Origin: Heptranchias perlo | Lineage: Eukaryota | Reading direction: 5' to 3' | NCBI RefSeq assembly: GCF_035084215.1 | Contig: NC_090344.1 | Span: 52,142,001-52,206,000 of the forward strand | DNA: 64,000 bases | Translations under genes and position numbers: made by a program | Part shown: one piece after another, positions 11,240 through 24,580 of the stretch | How positions within the stretch are numbered: the first letter of the stretch is position 1 | Layout: the number at the start of each line of letters is the position of its first letter | The notes under the pieces: model-generated | What the model was told of the DNA's origin: nothing | Database searches by the model: none | Seen by the model: the letters and a program-made list of their open reading frames with translations, nothing else

Positions 11240-12420
11240 TAACTTGCATTTATATAGCACCTTTCATTACCTCAGGACGTCCCAAAGTGCTTTCCACTTC
11301 AAAAATATTTAATTGGCTGTCGTCACTGTTGTAATGTAGGGAAACATGCCAGCCAAATTGCACACATGCAAGCTCCCACAAACAGCAATGAAATAAATGA
11401 CCAGGTAATCCATTTTAGTGATGTTACTTGAGGGATAAATACTGGCCAGGACACCAGGAGAACTTGAATAAGGCCATGGGATCTTTATGTCTGCCTGATG
11501 GGACCTTGGTTTAATATCTCATCCCAAAGATGGCATCTCAGACAGTGCAATAATCCCTCAGCACTGCACTGATTTGTCAGCCTAGATTATGGTGATAGAT
11601 TGGGAAAAGGGGAGGTGCAATGAGACCTGGGTGTCCTTGTACACCAGTCACTGAAAGCGAGCATTCAGGTGCAGCAAGCAGTTCAGAAGGCGAATGGTAT
11701 GTTGGCCTTCATTGCAAGGGGATTTGAGTAAAGGAGCAGGGATGTCTTCATGCAGTTATACAGGGCCTTGGTGAGGCCACATCTGGAGTATTGTGTGCAG
11801 TTTTGGTCTCTTTATCTGAGGAAGGATGTCCTTGCCATGGAGGGAGTGCAACGAAGGTTTACCACACTGATTCCTGGGATGGCAGGACTGACGTATGAGG
11901 AGAGATTGGGTCAACCAGGCCTATATTCACTAGAGTTTAGAAGAATGAGAGGTGATCTGATCGAAACATATAAAATTTTAACAGGACTCGACAGACTAGA
12001 TGCAGGGAGGATGTTCCCGATGGCTGGGGAGTCCAGAATCAGGGGTCTCAGGATACACGGTATGCCATTTAGAACAGAGATGAGGAGAAATTTCTTCACT
12101 CAGAGGGTGGTGAACCTGTGGAATTCTCTGCCACAGAAGGCAGTGGAGGCCAAGTCATTAGATGTATTCAAGGAGATAGATATATTTCTTAATGCTAAAG
12201 GGATCAAGGGATATTGGGGAAAAGCAGGAACAGGGTACTGAGTTAGACGATCAGTCATGATAATTTTGAATGGCGGAGCAGGCCCGAAGGGCCGAATGGC
12301 CTACTCTTGCTCCTATTTTCTATGTTTCTATGATCATGTGCTCGTCTCTGGATTGGGGCTCGAACCCTTGACTTTCGGACTCAGAGATGAGAGTGCTAGC
12401 AACTGAGCCAAGGCAGACAC
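11240..12420 (-). mobile_element. tRNA-headed Deu-type SINE (SacSINE1-like), split by a LINE
   Basis: Colinear with 16557-16995. Breaks at gtcagcctagattat (about 11590) and resumes at gtgctc...gaaccc...ctgagccaagg (12338-12420). Confidence 0.75.
11593..12333 (+). mobile_element. 5'-truncated CR1-type LINE
   Basis: ORF 11750..12241 (LVRPHLEYCVQFW...MRGDLIETYKI) with tail ttctatgtttctatg. Confidence 0.9.
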
Positions 12421-12849
12421 CTAATTAAGTTGGCCTTTCATCATGAAGAAAGACACAACTTAACCAGTTGTCACATGGGCAGAGTGCCAGAGTATCCTGA
12501 CGTTGAACCATAAAGTTGTAACATACAGGGTTGGAAATGCCACTTGCCAGACTAGTTAAGGGGAAGGAGTGAGCTTGTGGGCTGAGTGGCTTTCTATTGT
12601 TTTGTGATTTATGTTCCAGGCTTTGCTGACCCAAAACACAAAGCAATTGGCAATTTGAGTTCCAATCCTTTGGCATTTCTCTCCTGCTGCTTCTCAGTTG
12701 CGGCAGTGCATCCAGCTCTTCCCTAACCAATTCATCCCCGTCTAACATCCACTGAATTGCTCTCATCCACTGATTTAGTCTTAAATTGGATTTGCTGCTC
12801 AGAGTCCCATTGATAATATCAACTGAATGGAACTTTACAATATGATAAT

Positions 12850-13395
12850 GCCTCTTCTCACCTCATCCACTTGGCTGCTGAAACCCTTATCCATGCTTTA
12901 GACTCAATTTTTGCAATGCCTTCCTTGCTGGCCCTTCATCCTTTGCCCCCCACAAACTCCATCTTATCCAAAACACAGCTCTCTGTATCTTGTCTCACTT
13001 ACCCATCGCTCCCATCTCTCTGACCCCCAGCATATCAAATTTAAACTCCTCTTTCGTGTCTTCAAATCCTTCCATGGCCTTTCCCCATCCTCCTTACCTC
13101 CACAACCCCCTTCAACCTCACATATCCCCACATCCTTCGGTCACAGCCCTCAATGCTCTGACTCTGGCCATGTGAGTTGCCCCCTCCCTTCACCTCACCA
13201 TAGCTAGCAGAGGGCTCCGTAGGCCCCCTCTCCTCGTTCCTCTTTTAAAAGCATTCTCAAAAACTATCTTTTCGACCAGGCATTCAACCCCACCCCGCAA
13301 ATCTCTCCCTCTGTGTCTTGGTCTATTTCTGTGTGTGAAGCACTTTGGTGTTGTGTTAATCTTAAAAGCACTACAAAATGGAAGTTACTGTTGTT
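12850..13395 (+). mobile_element. Decayed L2-like LINE 3' end
   Basis: Residual peptide HIKFKLLFRVFKSFHGL and a terminal tgtgaagcactttgg...aagttactgttgtt. Confidence 0.55.
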
Positions 13396-14467
13396 AACAG
13401 AGGAAGAATTCTACACAATTCAGATGAGCCATTGAATGCCGGAACAGGCTCGAGGGGCTGAACAGCCTACTCCTGTTCCTATATTACTACAAAGTGCAGC
13501 AAGGTGAGGTAAAGACGATATGGTGTATGGCAATGTGTTGTGTCACAGATTGGTAAAACAAGGGACCGTTAATTTGATCACATGGCAAGTCCCTGATCAC
13601 AACTGTGCCTTTAGGGGAAGATACAAATATCTTCCCCACAAAGAGCGAGAGACAATCAGAGGGTTCTTGAAATCATGGCTAAGTTTGGAAAAGCCAATCG
13701 ATGGTTGGAGGAAGGGCGGTCTGAAGAAGTTTAGGAGTTTGACAATTTGGAACTCTTGGGAAGCAGTGATTTAGAGAAGGTAATGGCGCTTGAGTCAGAC
13801 ACAGGAAGGATACAGGGAGGAAGGGTGTGCCTTATGAGTTATTGGGAGCTTGAGCGGAAAGAGGAAGGAAAGTTCAGAGGAGCAATAATCATAATTACCA
13901 GCTGCGACATTGGCAGAGCTTTGTAAAGAGGGCAGCTGCCGTCCGAATGGGGAAGAGGACATGGAGAAAAATAGATCTACAAAGAAAAAAAACCCACTAA
14001 CAACATGAACAATCTTCCTTGATGATTAAACGTACACAGGATCTCCCTGCATATTGTTGCGTGTGAACACTTGTAATAATTGAATGCACTTTTTGTGGCA
14101 AACCTAGTTATTCACCTGACAGGAAATTGGCTGTCTCCTGTTGTGAAGTTGAGTTCTGCACAAATTGAGAATCTTTAACTCCACTCATATTTCATTCGCA
14201 ATCTACTTGGAAACATATCTTTGAAAAGTATCTTTAATCTTAGCTCCCTCCCCTTTGACTACCCCAAGGCAATGCTTTTATACAGCTGCACCCTGAGTAC
14301 ACCGACTGCTGTTAGTGTGACTCAATGAAGTTAGTTTTAAAAGCCTTCCCATCTTGTGAACACAATTCTGAGTAAAGTACTGAAATCATTTGAGAAGACT
14401 GATCCCTGCAGAGGGCGAGTGAATTGCGGTACAATTTCTGACAAACGTGTGTTTTGTTCTCTTTTAG

Positions 14468-14635
14468 ATGTGTGCACACGGTCGGAAGGGCAGACCGCGG
14501 AGAAGCCATCCGACGCTGCACAGTCACGGAACACAAAGGGTGGTAAAAAGGCCAAGAAACCCAAGACCCAAAAAATAAAGGAAACACGGCGGAAGAACCA
14601 AAAGGAAAAGCTCGACAAATCGCAAGCAACGAAAG
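14468..14635 (+). CDS. DKK4: Dickkopf-4-like, coding exon 3 (end of CRD1 plus basic linker)
   Basis: Acceptor cttttag at 14461-14467, donor aaag|gtaac at 14636. 168 bp, phase 1 to 1. Encodes (D)VCTRSEGQ...KLDKSQATK(G); human DKK4 has DVCT...KSQGRKG at the equivalent exon ends. Lies within ORF 14356..14730. Confidence 0.88.
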
Positions 14636-16556
14636 GTAACGCGTGCGACAGGCTCCAGCTGGCTATTTTTGATTTGTGCTACATCTGCATTGCTTGGACT
14701 TTACTCCACTTCAACACTAGAATCACCTAAAAGCCAGAGGCAGCAATAATCAGATTACATATCTGGACACTTCAGCAGCCTCACAGGGGTGTGCTTTAAT
14801 TCTGCTCAAGATAAACAGTTTAATGTCTCCATTAAAGTAGAGGATCGAGTAATTCGGTATAAAAATTAGTCTGTGCTTGGAGTAAAGTTGTGATTAAAAT
14901 ATGAGAGTTAAACAGAAATGTGCGTTGCATGCCAGAAATTGCTAACTCTGCCCCTTTAACTGAATACCTCAAATCACGCACTCTTCCATGTTCCGAGTCC
15001 AACTGACTCCTAGTCATCGTCGTTATTGAAAGTTACACTGTCCGATGTCACATTTGCTATATGTCCAGGTAGAATTATTGAAGTTCATCTGTTGAAAGTT
15101 GTTTTTCCCCATTTCTGTTTTTGCAGCAAGGATTGATCTCAGTCCGGTAGGAGGTGTGTGGGGGCAACATTCTCCCTCACTCCTTAACCCCAGTTTTCTT
15201 GTTTTTGATCAAGAATTGGGAGATCAGTGCCATAAGTACATGGACACTTCAATGATATTGATCCCAGGTTGAAAATACAGAATATCTTCCTTATTTTAGC
15301 TCTTATTTTGTAATTCATATCTCCTTTGTCCTCCCCTGCATGCCACATACCAATCCCCATCTATACCAACATAGGAACTATGACAGACAGCAAAAGACCC
15401 TCTGGTCCATGCAGCCTGCCCCACACAATTGAGATACCTTGTGTGAATTTGGGGGAAAAAATCTGGGAAATTCCTCTCCGACCCCTTTGGCGATTGAAAC
15501 TATTCCAGGAGGTCACTCTGACCCTGATAATTCTATGCATTATATTACCTACCTTTTGTAAGAGGTGATCTCTGCCCCAGCCAGAAACAGGTCCAGCATG
15601 AGGGCAGACACATGGCCTGTTTGTGGCCCTCTCTGATACCACGTGTCAGCTAACAGTTGAAGTGCATATTAAGACTTGGCCTCTAACTTCCTGCCTTCTT
15701 GGTAAGCATATCACACCCTTATACCACCAACAAAAATGTAGCATTTTGGACATGGATCGCATGAAAATATTTCTCATGGTTTGGCTTACTTTGTTTCTAC
15801 TCAAGTCTGCAAATAACTTCTTTAAAGCTTTAAATTAAATTTGTAAAAATAGCATTGTTTATTATCGCCTTGTGTTCAGGCATGGCATGTCGGAATTGAC
15901 AATATTGGCTGATGAACTGCTAATCTCGTCACAATGCCATCAATATTCTGAGAAATCAATGCAGGACATAAAAACAAAACCTTTTTAGGTTGTAACTTTC
16001 CATAAGTAGTGAATCCAATGTCCTCCCTTAACCAATAGCACCAAAAAACCCCCCACATTAATTCATCTCTGCGCATAAATTGACTGCCATGTTTATTCCG
16101 ATAAGAAAAGTAACTGCATTTCAGAGGAGTTTTGTATGCAAAATGTATTGGGGTGTTTCTTAGATGGGATATATTTTCCTTCATCTGGAAATCAGGGAAT
16201 ACTTATGTAGAATTTACCCTCAGAAAATGAAATGGATGGTTAGTGTCCATGCTGGAGCAGATTCCATATGGAGCATGGAAGGAGCTGGACTGATTGGCCA
16301 AATGGCCTTTTCCATTCCCTATTTTCTTGTATTCATAAAGCCGCTTTCATAAATTGTTTTTTTAACTGGGATTCCGGGAGCCCATGTTAAAGCCAGTTTT
16401 GGAGACCGACAGAAAACTTGTGGCCCCAGGTATTATCCCTCTTCACTAAATGACTGCTTTTTGAAATTTACAGTACCAAAAGTGACTGGTGTAATTTTAC
16501 AAATGCTGCTGCAATGCACTGTCCTACAACCACCAGAAATATTATCAGGAAAAAAA

Positions 16557-16995
16557 AACTTGCATTTATGCAGCGCCTTTCACAACCTCAGGAAATTCCA
16601 AAGTGCTTTACAGACAATGAAGTACTTTTTGAAGTATAGTCACTGTTGTAATGTATGGAAAAGTGGCAGCCAAATTGTACACAGCAAGCTCCCACAAACA
16701 ACAATGAGCTAAATGACCAGATAATTTGTTTTAGATGTTGGTAGTGGGATACATGTTGGCCTGGACACCAAGAGAACTCCCCCACTCTGGTTCCAGTAGT
16801 GTCATGGGATCTTGCACATCTATCTGTGAGGGCAGATTGGGCTTCAGTTTAAGGTCTCATCCTAAAGACGGCACCTTGGTACGTCACTAAAATGTCAGCC
16901 TAGATTACGCTCTCAAATCTTTAGGGTGGAGCTTGAACCCACAACCTTCTGACTCAGAGGCAAGGGTGCTCGCACTGAGGTGAGGCTGACATCTA
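16557..16995 (-). mobile_element. Near full-length tRNA-headed Deu-type SINE
   Basis: Minus-strand head with a B-box-like ggttcaagc, a central domain shared with 540 and 11240, and tail aggcgctgcataaatgcaagtt. Confidence 0.75.
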
Positions 16996-19717
16996 AATTG
17001 CATCTCAATAATCACACTAAGTGGCATGCTCTCCATGTGTTCATCTGCAATTACAGTATTTAACAGCAATGGGCTTTTAATTAGTTACCACTTGGCTTGT
17101 ATGAAAACCCAACCAGTTTATTGCTGTGGCAATTCGATGTTCATCATCTCATTCACTGCTAAAGGCACAATTCAGTTTCCATCCTGTGGAAATCATTAGT
17201 GCCAAGGAAATGTCATTGATTTATAGTATTTTATGAATCATCTTTCAGTGACTCCCAGGTCAGGCATAGCTGAGTACTACAATTAATGTCTCACAGTCAG
17301 CTTCTCTACGTACAGTGAAGAACACTGCAAATGTTTGACGGGGACAATGTGGCTGAGTCGGGGGGGGGGGATTTCCCCTATGCAATTTTGTAACATCTAG
17401 AACAAACATATTTATAAAGAACTGGTTTATGATTTCACTATACTGAGTGGAGCAGAGGCAATCTCTTCCTCCTACACATGTTGGAAATGGAAGAGTATGT
17501 ACCTGGAAGTAGTGCGGGCTGTGTTGGGATAGAAGGGCTAGTACTGGAGAACACCATAGGCTGGGAGGCCCGCGATGCAGTGTTTAGGTACCCTTGCAAA
17601 TGGGCCCAAGGTACTTCTCCAGGGAGAGGATGGCAATCAACAGCAGTTCGCTCTGGGCTCCTCTTTCAATCTCTTAGCGGTCAGCTCCAGAAAGGCATGA
17701 ATAAAAACCTGTCAACAAGGGACTTCCTCCTTCGAGGCATTAAAACAATGGTTTAGTTCCTGGTGGACAAACTGAAAGTGGGGCAGGCCATGTCTGTTGA
17801 GCAGTAGTCACAGTAGTCTGTCTGTGATGGGCATCTATGATACCGGTCACATCTGCATTCATACTTGTGCTATCCAAGTACTGTACTAAACTTTCCATAC
17901 TTTGAGCATCAGTCTTACAGCTGAGCAGAGTGGATGGAAACTGTTGGAAGTGGCATCACAAGACAGGGAATGAAACGGAGACTAATTCTTGCCTTTTATT
18001 TCTACTTTTTACAAAACTGTGAAAGCAGCTTCCTTTCCACATGATAAACTGAACAAAGTAAAAGGTTTGTTTAAAAAAATTCTGCAAAGAACAACAGTTT
18101 AAAAAGAAATGCAGCCAGAAAATCCTGAACAAAAAATGACTAGAACGTCCCAGGGACTCCTGATAAATGGCTCTGAATTTGCACAGCTTTGTCCCAATTT
18201 GAACTGCACACTGACTAGGAGTTCAGTTAAGAATACAGCACAAAATTGAAGAACTACAATAATAGCATTTTCACATCCTAACCTTTTAAAGGTTTTTTTT
18301 ATGCTAATGATACATCCAATGTGAAGCAAGACTTTGCAGCTGTGCGGCCTCCCAAGGATCAGACTTCTTGATTCCAACTGAGACAAATTTTGAAGAGTGA
18401 TAAAACGGGTTACATTCTTTACCAAAGTCAGTAAGCTTTACACAAAGACTCAGAATTAGTTGATTGTGTTATCAGGAATTCCTAACATGCAAACAAGAAG
18501 TTGCTGCTTAAAATTCTGCTTGATTTAGAGAATACTGACGACAGCAGCTGTAGCACGTTCATTGTCATCTTTGCTATCAGAATGTTTTGAACAGTATTCA
18601 TCTAATCACTGTGGGTCAATGCAGTATGTGGATCGGTATTGAGCTACAGAGACCAGTGGACTTCCAGCTTTCACCCTTAATCTCTGTTCCCTATGTTAAT
18701 CTTAGCCAAGACACCATTTGGGGGACTACAATTGGCCTGTGTCTTTGAACTGTGGGGAAGTAAGAATGTTGTTTGAAGCACAGTTTTTGGTCACCTGTCC
18801 TAATATCATCTTATGTGGCTCGGTGTCAAATTTTGTTTGATAATCACTCCTGTGAAGCACCTTGGGATGTTTTACTAGGTTAAAGGTGCTATATAAACGC
18901 AAATTGTTGTTGGTACCTGATCTATGTAATTAAGATTACTTCAGTTTGTTCATATCTTTTGTTCCAACATGTTTTCAAAGGATCTCGAAATATGTTAAAG
19001 AAGCAAGCCAGCCTGGGGTGGTGAAGTTGATTGACAGCTATGTCTGAGGTCTATGAGTCGGGACAGAGTCAATGATTGCATGTAGCCCTTTGATGGGCAT
19101 CTGAGGCCAGTAGCCTCTGATTGGGGGTTTAACTGCAGTTGCTTGAACCATGTTATCAGTTTACAGCTAGCAGACAGTCTGGACTAGTTCAATTCCATGG
19201 TAGCTTTTTGCCATGTAAGGAGTTAGCAGCCATTTTCAGGGATTTAGTTATGTTAAAAGCTATCTCGGGATGTACCTTTGCATTTGATATATCAAGGGTA
19301 ATAAAGTTTGTAAATTACTATGAATACACTGTGTTGCTTTGAACACTGTTGATTTACCTGTTCTCTATTAAATAAATCTGTTGGTTTATGGCCCGAGTCT
19401 CAGTCAGATAAGACTTTATATTCAATCCACCAACTGGCAATGAGGACAATCATCATGATACATTCCAGTAAACCGGTGTTTGGTGACGAGTTCTATGTTC
19501 AATCACTGGGTTTCACTCTTGGCTTTCTAGAGATTGGGTAGGTAAAGGCATGCGATAGATATGGAATCAATGCCAATCCTGACCAACACCTTCTTGTACA
19601 TTTAACCAGAAGTGGGAATGTTTCTGTTTGGCTGAATCAGATACTTTTTTCCTAAAACTTTCCTATCCTGCCCCCAAAACAGAGCCAATTTTCTTCCCTC
19701 GTCTCCTGAAAACACAA

Positions 19718-19838
19718 GAGCAGAATTTCCAGGGGTGGGGGTTCCCTATCTCCTGCCATATGCCATTTTTCTGGGATTTCCTCCGATCTTCAGCTGAAGT
19801 TACAGTGGGAGATCAGCACCCCTGTGGAAATTCTACTC
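19718..19838. mobile_element. 121-bp MITE inside an old SINE
   Basis: Terminal inverted repeats gagcagaatttcca and tggaaattctactc (13/14 match). Confidence 0.6.
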
Positions 19839-20832
19839 CACTATCTTTTGCTGGGGTACTATTTCACAAGCAACAGCTGCCCTCTGGTATTCATCCAAGT
19901 GCCCATTTATTATATTGGAGTTTTGACAGAAAATGTCAGCAGAGTATTTCACTTCTGAGTCTGATCCTGTTCTCACCCAGCACCCACACATGTGCATTTT
20001 CCAGCACCAGCCACTGGATCATCACTAACAGGAACCCCAATTTTGCCATTCCCTAGTGCACAAGCATTTAGGCCAATTGTCGTGACTGTCTCCATTTAAG
20101 TGGCGATAAACTAACTCAGCAGATGGAACCTGTGATTTTTATGGCCTGAAAGGCTCAGTCCCAAGTTGGACAGAACTATAAGGTGAACGAACGTTGGTTT
20201 ATTTCCTCAACCAGAGAGGTTGGAACAACTTTTTTTTAATATATAAAGCCTGAGCTACATCAGTGCTCTGTTACAAAGTTTATTGCCAACTGGGCTCAAT
20301 CTTGCATGGTTTGGTTGACTAAGTAAATGGTAATTACTCCTACAATTAGCATTGAGCAATGTTATTACTCAGCAATGTATACTTGGCAGGAACAAAGCAA
20401 TTATTTCAAGGGTGTGAAAGGCAATTTCACTGCCCAAGGAGCTATTAAGAGTATTTCAGAGATATGAAACTTAATAGAAGACTTGACATTTAACACTCAA
20501 CAATATGCAATATGCAATACTGTACTCTATTTTGTAGGACAATCATGGTCACAAACAATTGAGTTATTGTTGTGTTATCTGCTGTGTACTGTTAGGGTTT
20601 GCTGAAATGTTGCATAGAGCCAGCTAAATAATACCATAAACCAATAAAGGATGGTAATGCACAGTATATTTCCTGCTTGATACAGCTGCATTGTATATAC
20701 TTACCAACAACTTGCATTTATAGAACGTCTTTAACAGTAAAATGTCCCAAGGCGCTTCACAGGTATTCCGGAATCTTTGATGATCGTTAACTGCACTTAT
20801 TCGTACAATCTTCAATTGTGTCCTTAATTAGA

Positions 20833-22180
20833 TATCAGCAAAGTGATGGAAGGTGTCGTAGACGGTGCTATCAAGCGGCACTTACTCACCAATAACCTGC
20901 TCACCGACGCTCAGTTTGGGTTCCTCCAGGACTACTCGGCTCCAGACCTCATTACAGCCTTGGTCCAAACATGGACAAAAGAGCTGAATTCCAGAGGTGA
21001 GGTGAGAGTGACTGCCCTTGACATCAAGGCAGCATTTGACCGAGTGTGGCACCAAGGAGCCCTCGTAAAATTGAAGTCAATGGGAATCAAGGGGAAAACT
21101 CTCCAGTGGCTGGAGTCATACCTAGCACAAAGGAAGATGGTAGTGGTTGTTGGAGGCCAATCATCTCAGCCCCAGGGCATTGCTGCAGGAGTTCCTCAGA
21201 GCAGTGTCCTAGGCCCAACCATCTTCAGCTGCTTCATCAATGACCTTCCCTCCATCATAAGGTCAGAAATGGGGATGTTCGCTGATGATTGCACAGTGTT
21301 CAGTTCCATTCGCAACCCCTCAGATAATGAAGCAATCCGAGCCCGCATGCAGCAAGACCTGGACAACATCCAGGCTTGGGCTCATAAGTGGCAAGTAACA
21401 TTCGCGACAGACAAGTGCCAGGCAATGACCATCTCCAACAAGAGAGAGTCTAACCATCTCCCCTTGACATTCAACGGCATTACCATCGCCGAATCCCCCA
21501 CCATCAATATCCTGGGGGTCACCAGTGACCAGAAACTTAACTGGACCAGCCACATAAATACTGTGGCTACGAGAGCAGGTCAGAGGCTGGGTATTCTGCA
21601 GTGAGTGATTTACCTCCTGACTCCCCAAAGTCTTTCCACTATCTACAAGGCACTTCAGGAATGTGATGGAATACTCTCCACTTGCCTGGATGAGTGCAGC
21701 TCCAACAACACTCAAGCAGCTCGACACCATCCAGGGCAAAGCAGCCCACTTGATTGGCACCCCATTCACCACCCTAAACATTCACTCCCTTCACCACCGG
21801 CGCACTGTGGCTGCAGTGTGTACCATCCACAGGATGCACTGCAGCAACTCGCCAAGGCTTCTTCGACAACACCTCCCAAACCCACGACCTCTACCACCTA
21901 GAAGGACAAGGGCAGCAGGCACATGGGGACAACACCACCTGCACGTTCCCCTCCAAGTCACACACCATCCCGACTTGGAAATATATCGCTGTTCCTTCAT
22001 CGTCGCTGGGTCAAAATCCTGGAACTCTCTTCCCAACAGCACTGTGGGAGAACCTTCACCACATGGACTGCAGCGGTTCAAGAAGGCAGCTCACCACCAC
22101 CTTCTCAAGGGCAATTCGGGATGGGCAATAAATGCCGGCCTCGCCAGCAACGCCCACATCCCATGACCGAATAAAAAAAA
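20833..22180 (+). mobile_element. 5'-truncated family-A CR1-group LINE
   Basis: ORF 20843..21604 with LDIKAAFDRV, GVPQSSVLGP and FADD. Poly(A) end at about 22171-22180. Confidence 0.93.
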
Positions 22181-23569
22181 TATTCATGCAACACCGTTAA
22201 AATGGAGTTAACTACATGTTACTGGAAGTTTTCCCTCCTACCTACATCTCTGAATCTCTACCAATACGAATCAATGTTGCATTTGTACCATCTAAGGTTA
22301 AACACATGGCTGTTATTTGAGCAGTGCAAAATGAAAAAAATAAATACAAAATACAGAAATGTGATTACAAAGTGCTTACCTTTTCATTCTGCGATGAATA
22401 ATTCATTGTGGAGCCTTCATTTTCACTGTAGGATTACTCTCTGGATATTTACCTTGCTGTAGTATGTTGCAATTCTTGGACAGTTTTAGGGATAAGAATT
22501 CCTAAATCACCAGGATAAGAATTCCTCTGTGTGCTGTGTAGTGATGTTGTTAACGCATGTGTGAAGTTTTCCTCTCTTGGGTATTGCTAGCATATTCTTG
22601 AAGTATTTATTTCCAATTTGACCAAAAAAACTGTCGGACAAGCTGAAAGTGCCACTTACAGCATACGGTTATGCAGAGCTGTCAACACAGGAGAAACATG
22701 TGGAATGACATTTATAATGACAGTGAGAACCATTGTAAAGCATTTCACTGAATGAAGTTTTGGTTATTTTAAACCAAAATGATTCAGTCTCACTTCAAGT
22801 GAGCGCTTTACATTATAACCTTGAAGCACAGACATGCCCCAGTTTGACAAACATTTACATAGAAAGCAAAAGTTCAATGCCCTTTTAAATACAGAGCTAT
22901 ATAAATGCAAGTTCTTTCCTTAAAGCTGGAAATCCATCCTATGAAACTGTAGAAAAATACATGTTTTTGTAAGATAAAATGTGATTGAAAATTCATTACG
23001 AACGATGTGAAGTTAAGAGGAAACATGTACTATTAGAGTGTCATTTGGGAGGATTGGAGGACATTTTGTCTTGCGTATAACTCCAAATAGATCTCAACAA
23101 AATATACTTCAGCATAAGAGGTGACTTTCTTGGCTTGATTCATACACAGAGAAAAAGGACACATACCAAGATTCCTTATCTTCAGAGGGAGTACTATAAA
23201 CATTCAGAAACTGACACTGGAACATGCACACGTGGCCCAAACAGTGCCAGATAGCAAAGAATCTTTTACTCTGTGTGTACTGGATATGTACAGGAGTTGA
23301 CACTGAGACACATGCAAGCTAGACAATAACATATCTGAATGAATTGTTCCTTTATCCTGTTGTGTACTGAACATATACAGTTGCTGACATTGATGGATAC
23401 ATGAACTATAGACTGTGCCTGGTGCGATTCATTCCCTTTTGCTCAGTATGTATCGTACAGGTACAGAAGCCAACACAGACACACAGATCATATCGTACCA
23501 GTTGACAATGAATTGTTTTCTTTTAGTTAGCATATACTGTAGATAAGAAATGCTCTCTATATCTTGCAG

Positions 23570-23823
23570 GGCTGGAAGGAGAGACATGCTTGCGAACATC
23601 AGACTGTTCCACTGGATTGTGCTGTGCTCGTCACTTCTGGTCGAAGATCTGTCGGCCTGTCCTGAAAGAGGGACAGGTCTGCTCAAAACGGGGACGTAAG
23701 GAGGGCCCACAGGGGCCAGAGATCTTTCAAAGATGCGACTGTGGACCAGGATTAGTTTGCCGTAACCAAAACCAAGGTACAACACAACGCAAATCCAGGC
23801 TACGGGTCTGCCAACTCGTCTAG
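23570..23823 (+). CDS. DKK4: Dickkopf-4-like, last coding exon (CRD2, colipase fold, LRP5/6- and Kremen-binding)
   Basis: Acceptor atcttgcag at 23561-23569. Encodes (G)[90 protein letters not shown] is the Dkk1/2/4 signature; [13 protein letters not shown] and RLRVCQ are DKK4-like. Stop TAG at 23821-23823. Confidence 0.95.
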
Positions 23824-24346
23824 AGAGAGATCCCAGCCCAAACTCTTTGTTTAACCACATCAAATTAAAAGGATCAGCTATTGCACCAGCTCAAATTAAA
23901 TTAAATCATTTAAAAAAAGCAGAAAATGCCAAACCCGGTGCATCAAAATGGACACAAAAAGTATTAAAACGAGCTCTGTGAGGTGAAGCACTTGAAGTGC
24001 AGCATGGTGTATGGTGGAAAATATGTTAACTGATTGTGTCAAATTGAATCAACAGATGAAAGTATTTGATGGCCAAAGATGGTGTCCCAGTAGGCAGCAG
24101 TCTTGAAGACAAGTAGCAGAAAACACTGGTTTATGGCAGAACCAACCAATGAAGTGTTGTCCATTAGGATTTCAGTAATGCCAATCATGTGAAATTTTCA
24201 TACTGTGGCCACTTGAACTGTGAAAACACCCAGTAGTACAATTTGACACTGTGCCCTTCCAAACTTGAGTTGTGTCTGCAGAAAGCAATTTGAACCATGT
24301 AACACAAGGGTGAAGTACCAGTGGGCACAGGCTTGTGATGGAACAA

Positions 24347-24352
24347 AATAAA
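24347..24352 (+). terminator. Candidate DKK4 polyadenylation signal
   Basis: First AATAAA found downstream of the stop codon. ATTAAA variants lie nearer (about 23864-23968), so usage is unknown. Confidence 0.3.
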
Positions 24353-24429
24353 CCTAACATGCGGGGGTGGGGGGGGGGCGGGGGAGGAGGAGGAGGAGAA
24401 AAATGCCTTCAATTACTTACACACACACT

Positions 24430-24580
24430 AAAAAGCAGAAAATGTTGGAAATATTCAGCAGGTCAGTCAACATCTGAATGGAGAAAAGCCAAGTTAATGT
24501 TTTAACCCTTCATCACAATTGGTGAAGGGTTGACAGCTGAAGCAGATGTTTACTGGCCTGCTGTTTTCTGTTTGTATTTC
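24430..24580. mobile_element. Degenerate inverted pair of Penelope-like termini
   Basis: cagaaaatgttggaaatattcagcaggtcag ... acccttcatc..ggtgaagggt ... ggcctgctgttttctgtttg forms a rough palindrome of the 29353-type terminus. Confidence 0.5.

Noticed and set aside
17478-17760. GC-richer segment with a 92-aa ORF in DKK4 intron 3
   Set aside because: No recognisable domain or splice context on either strand. Cannot be supported without a database search.
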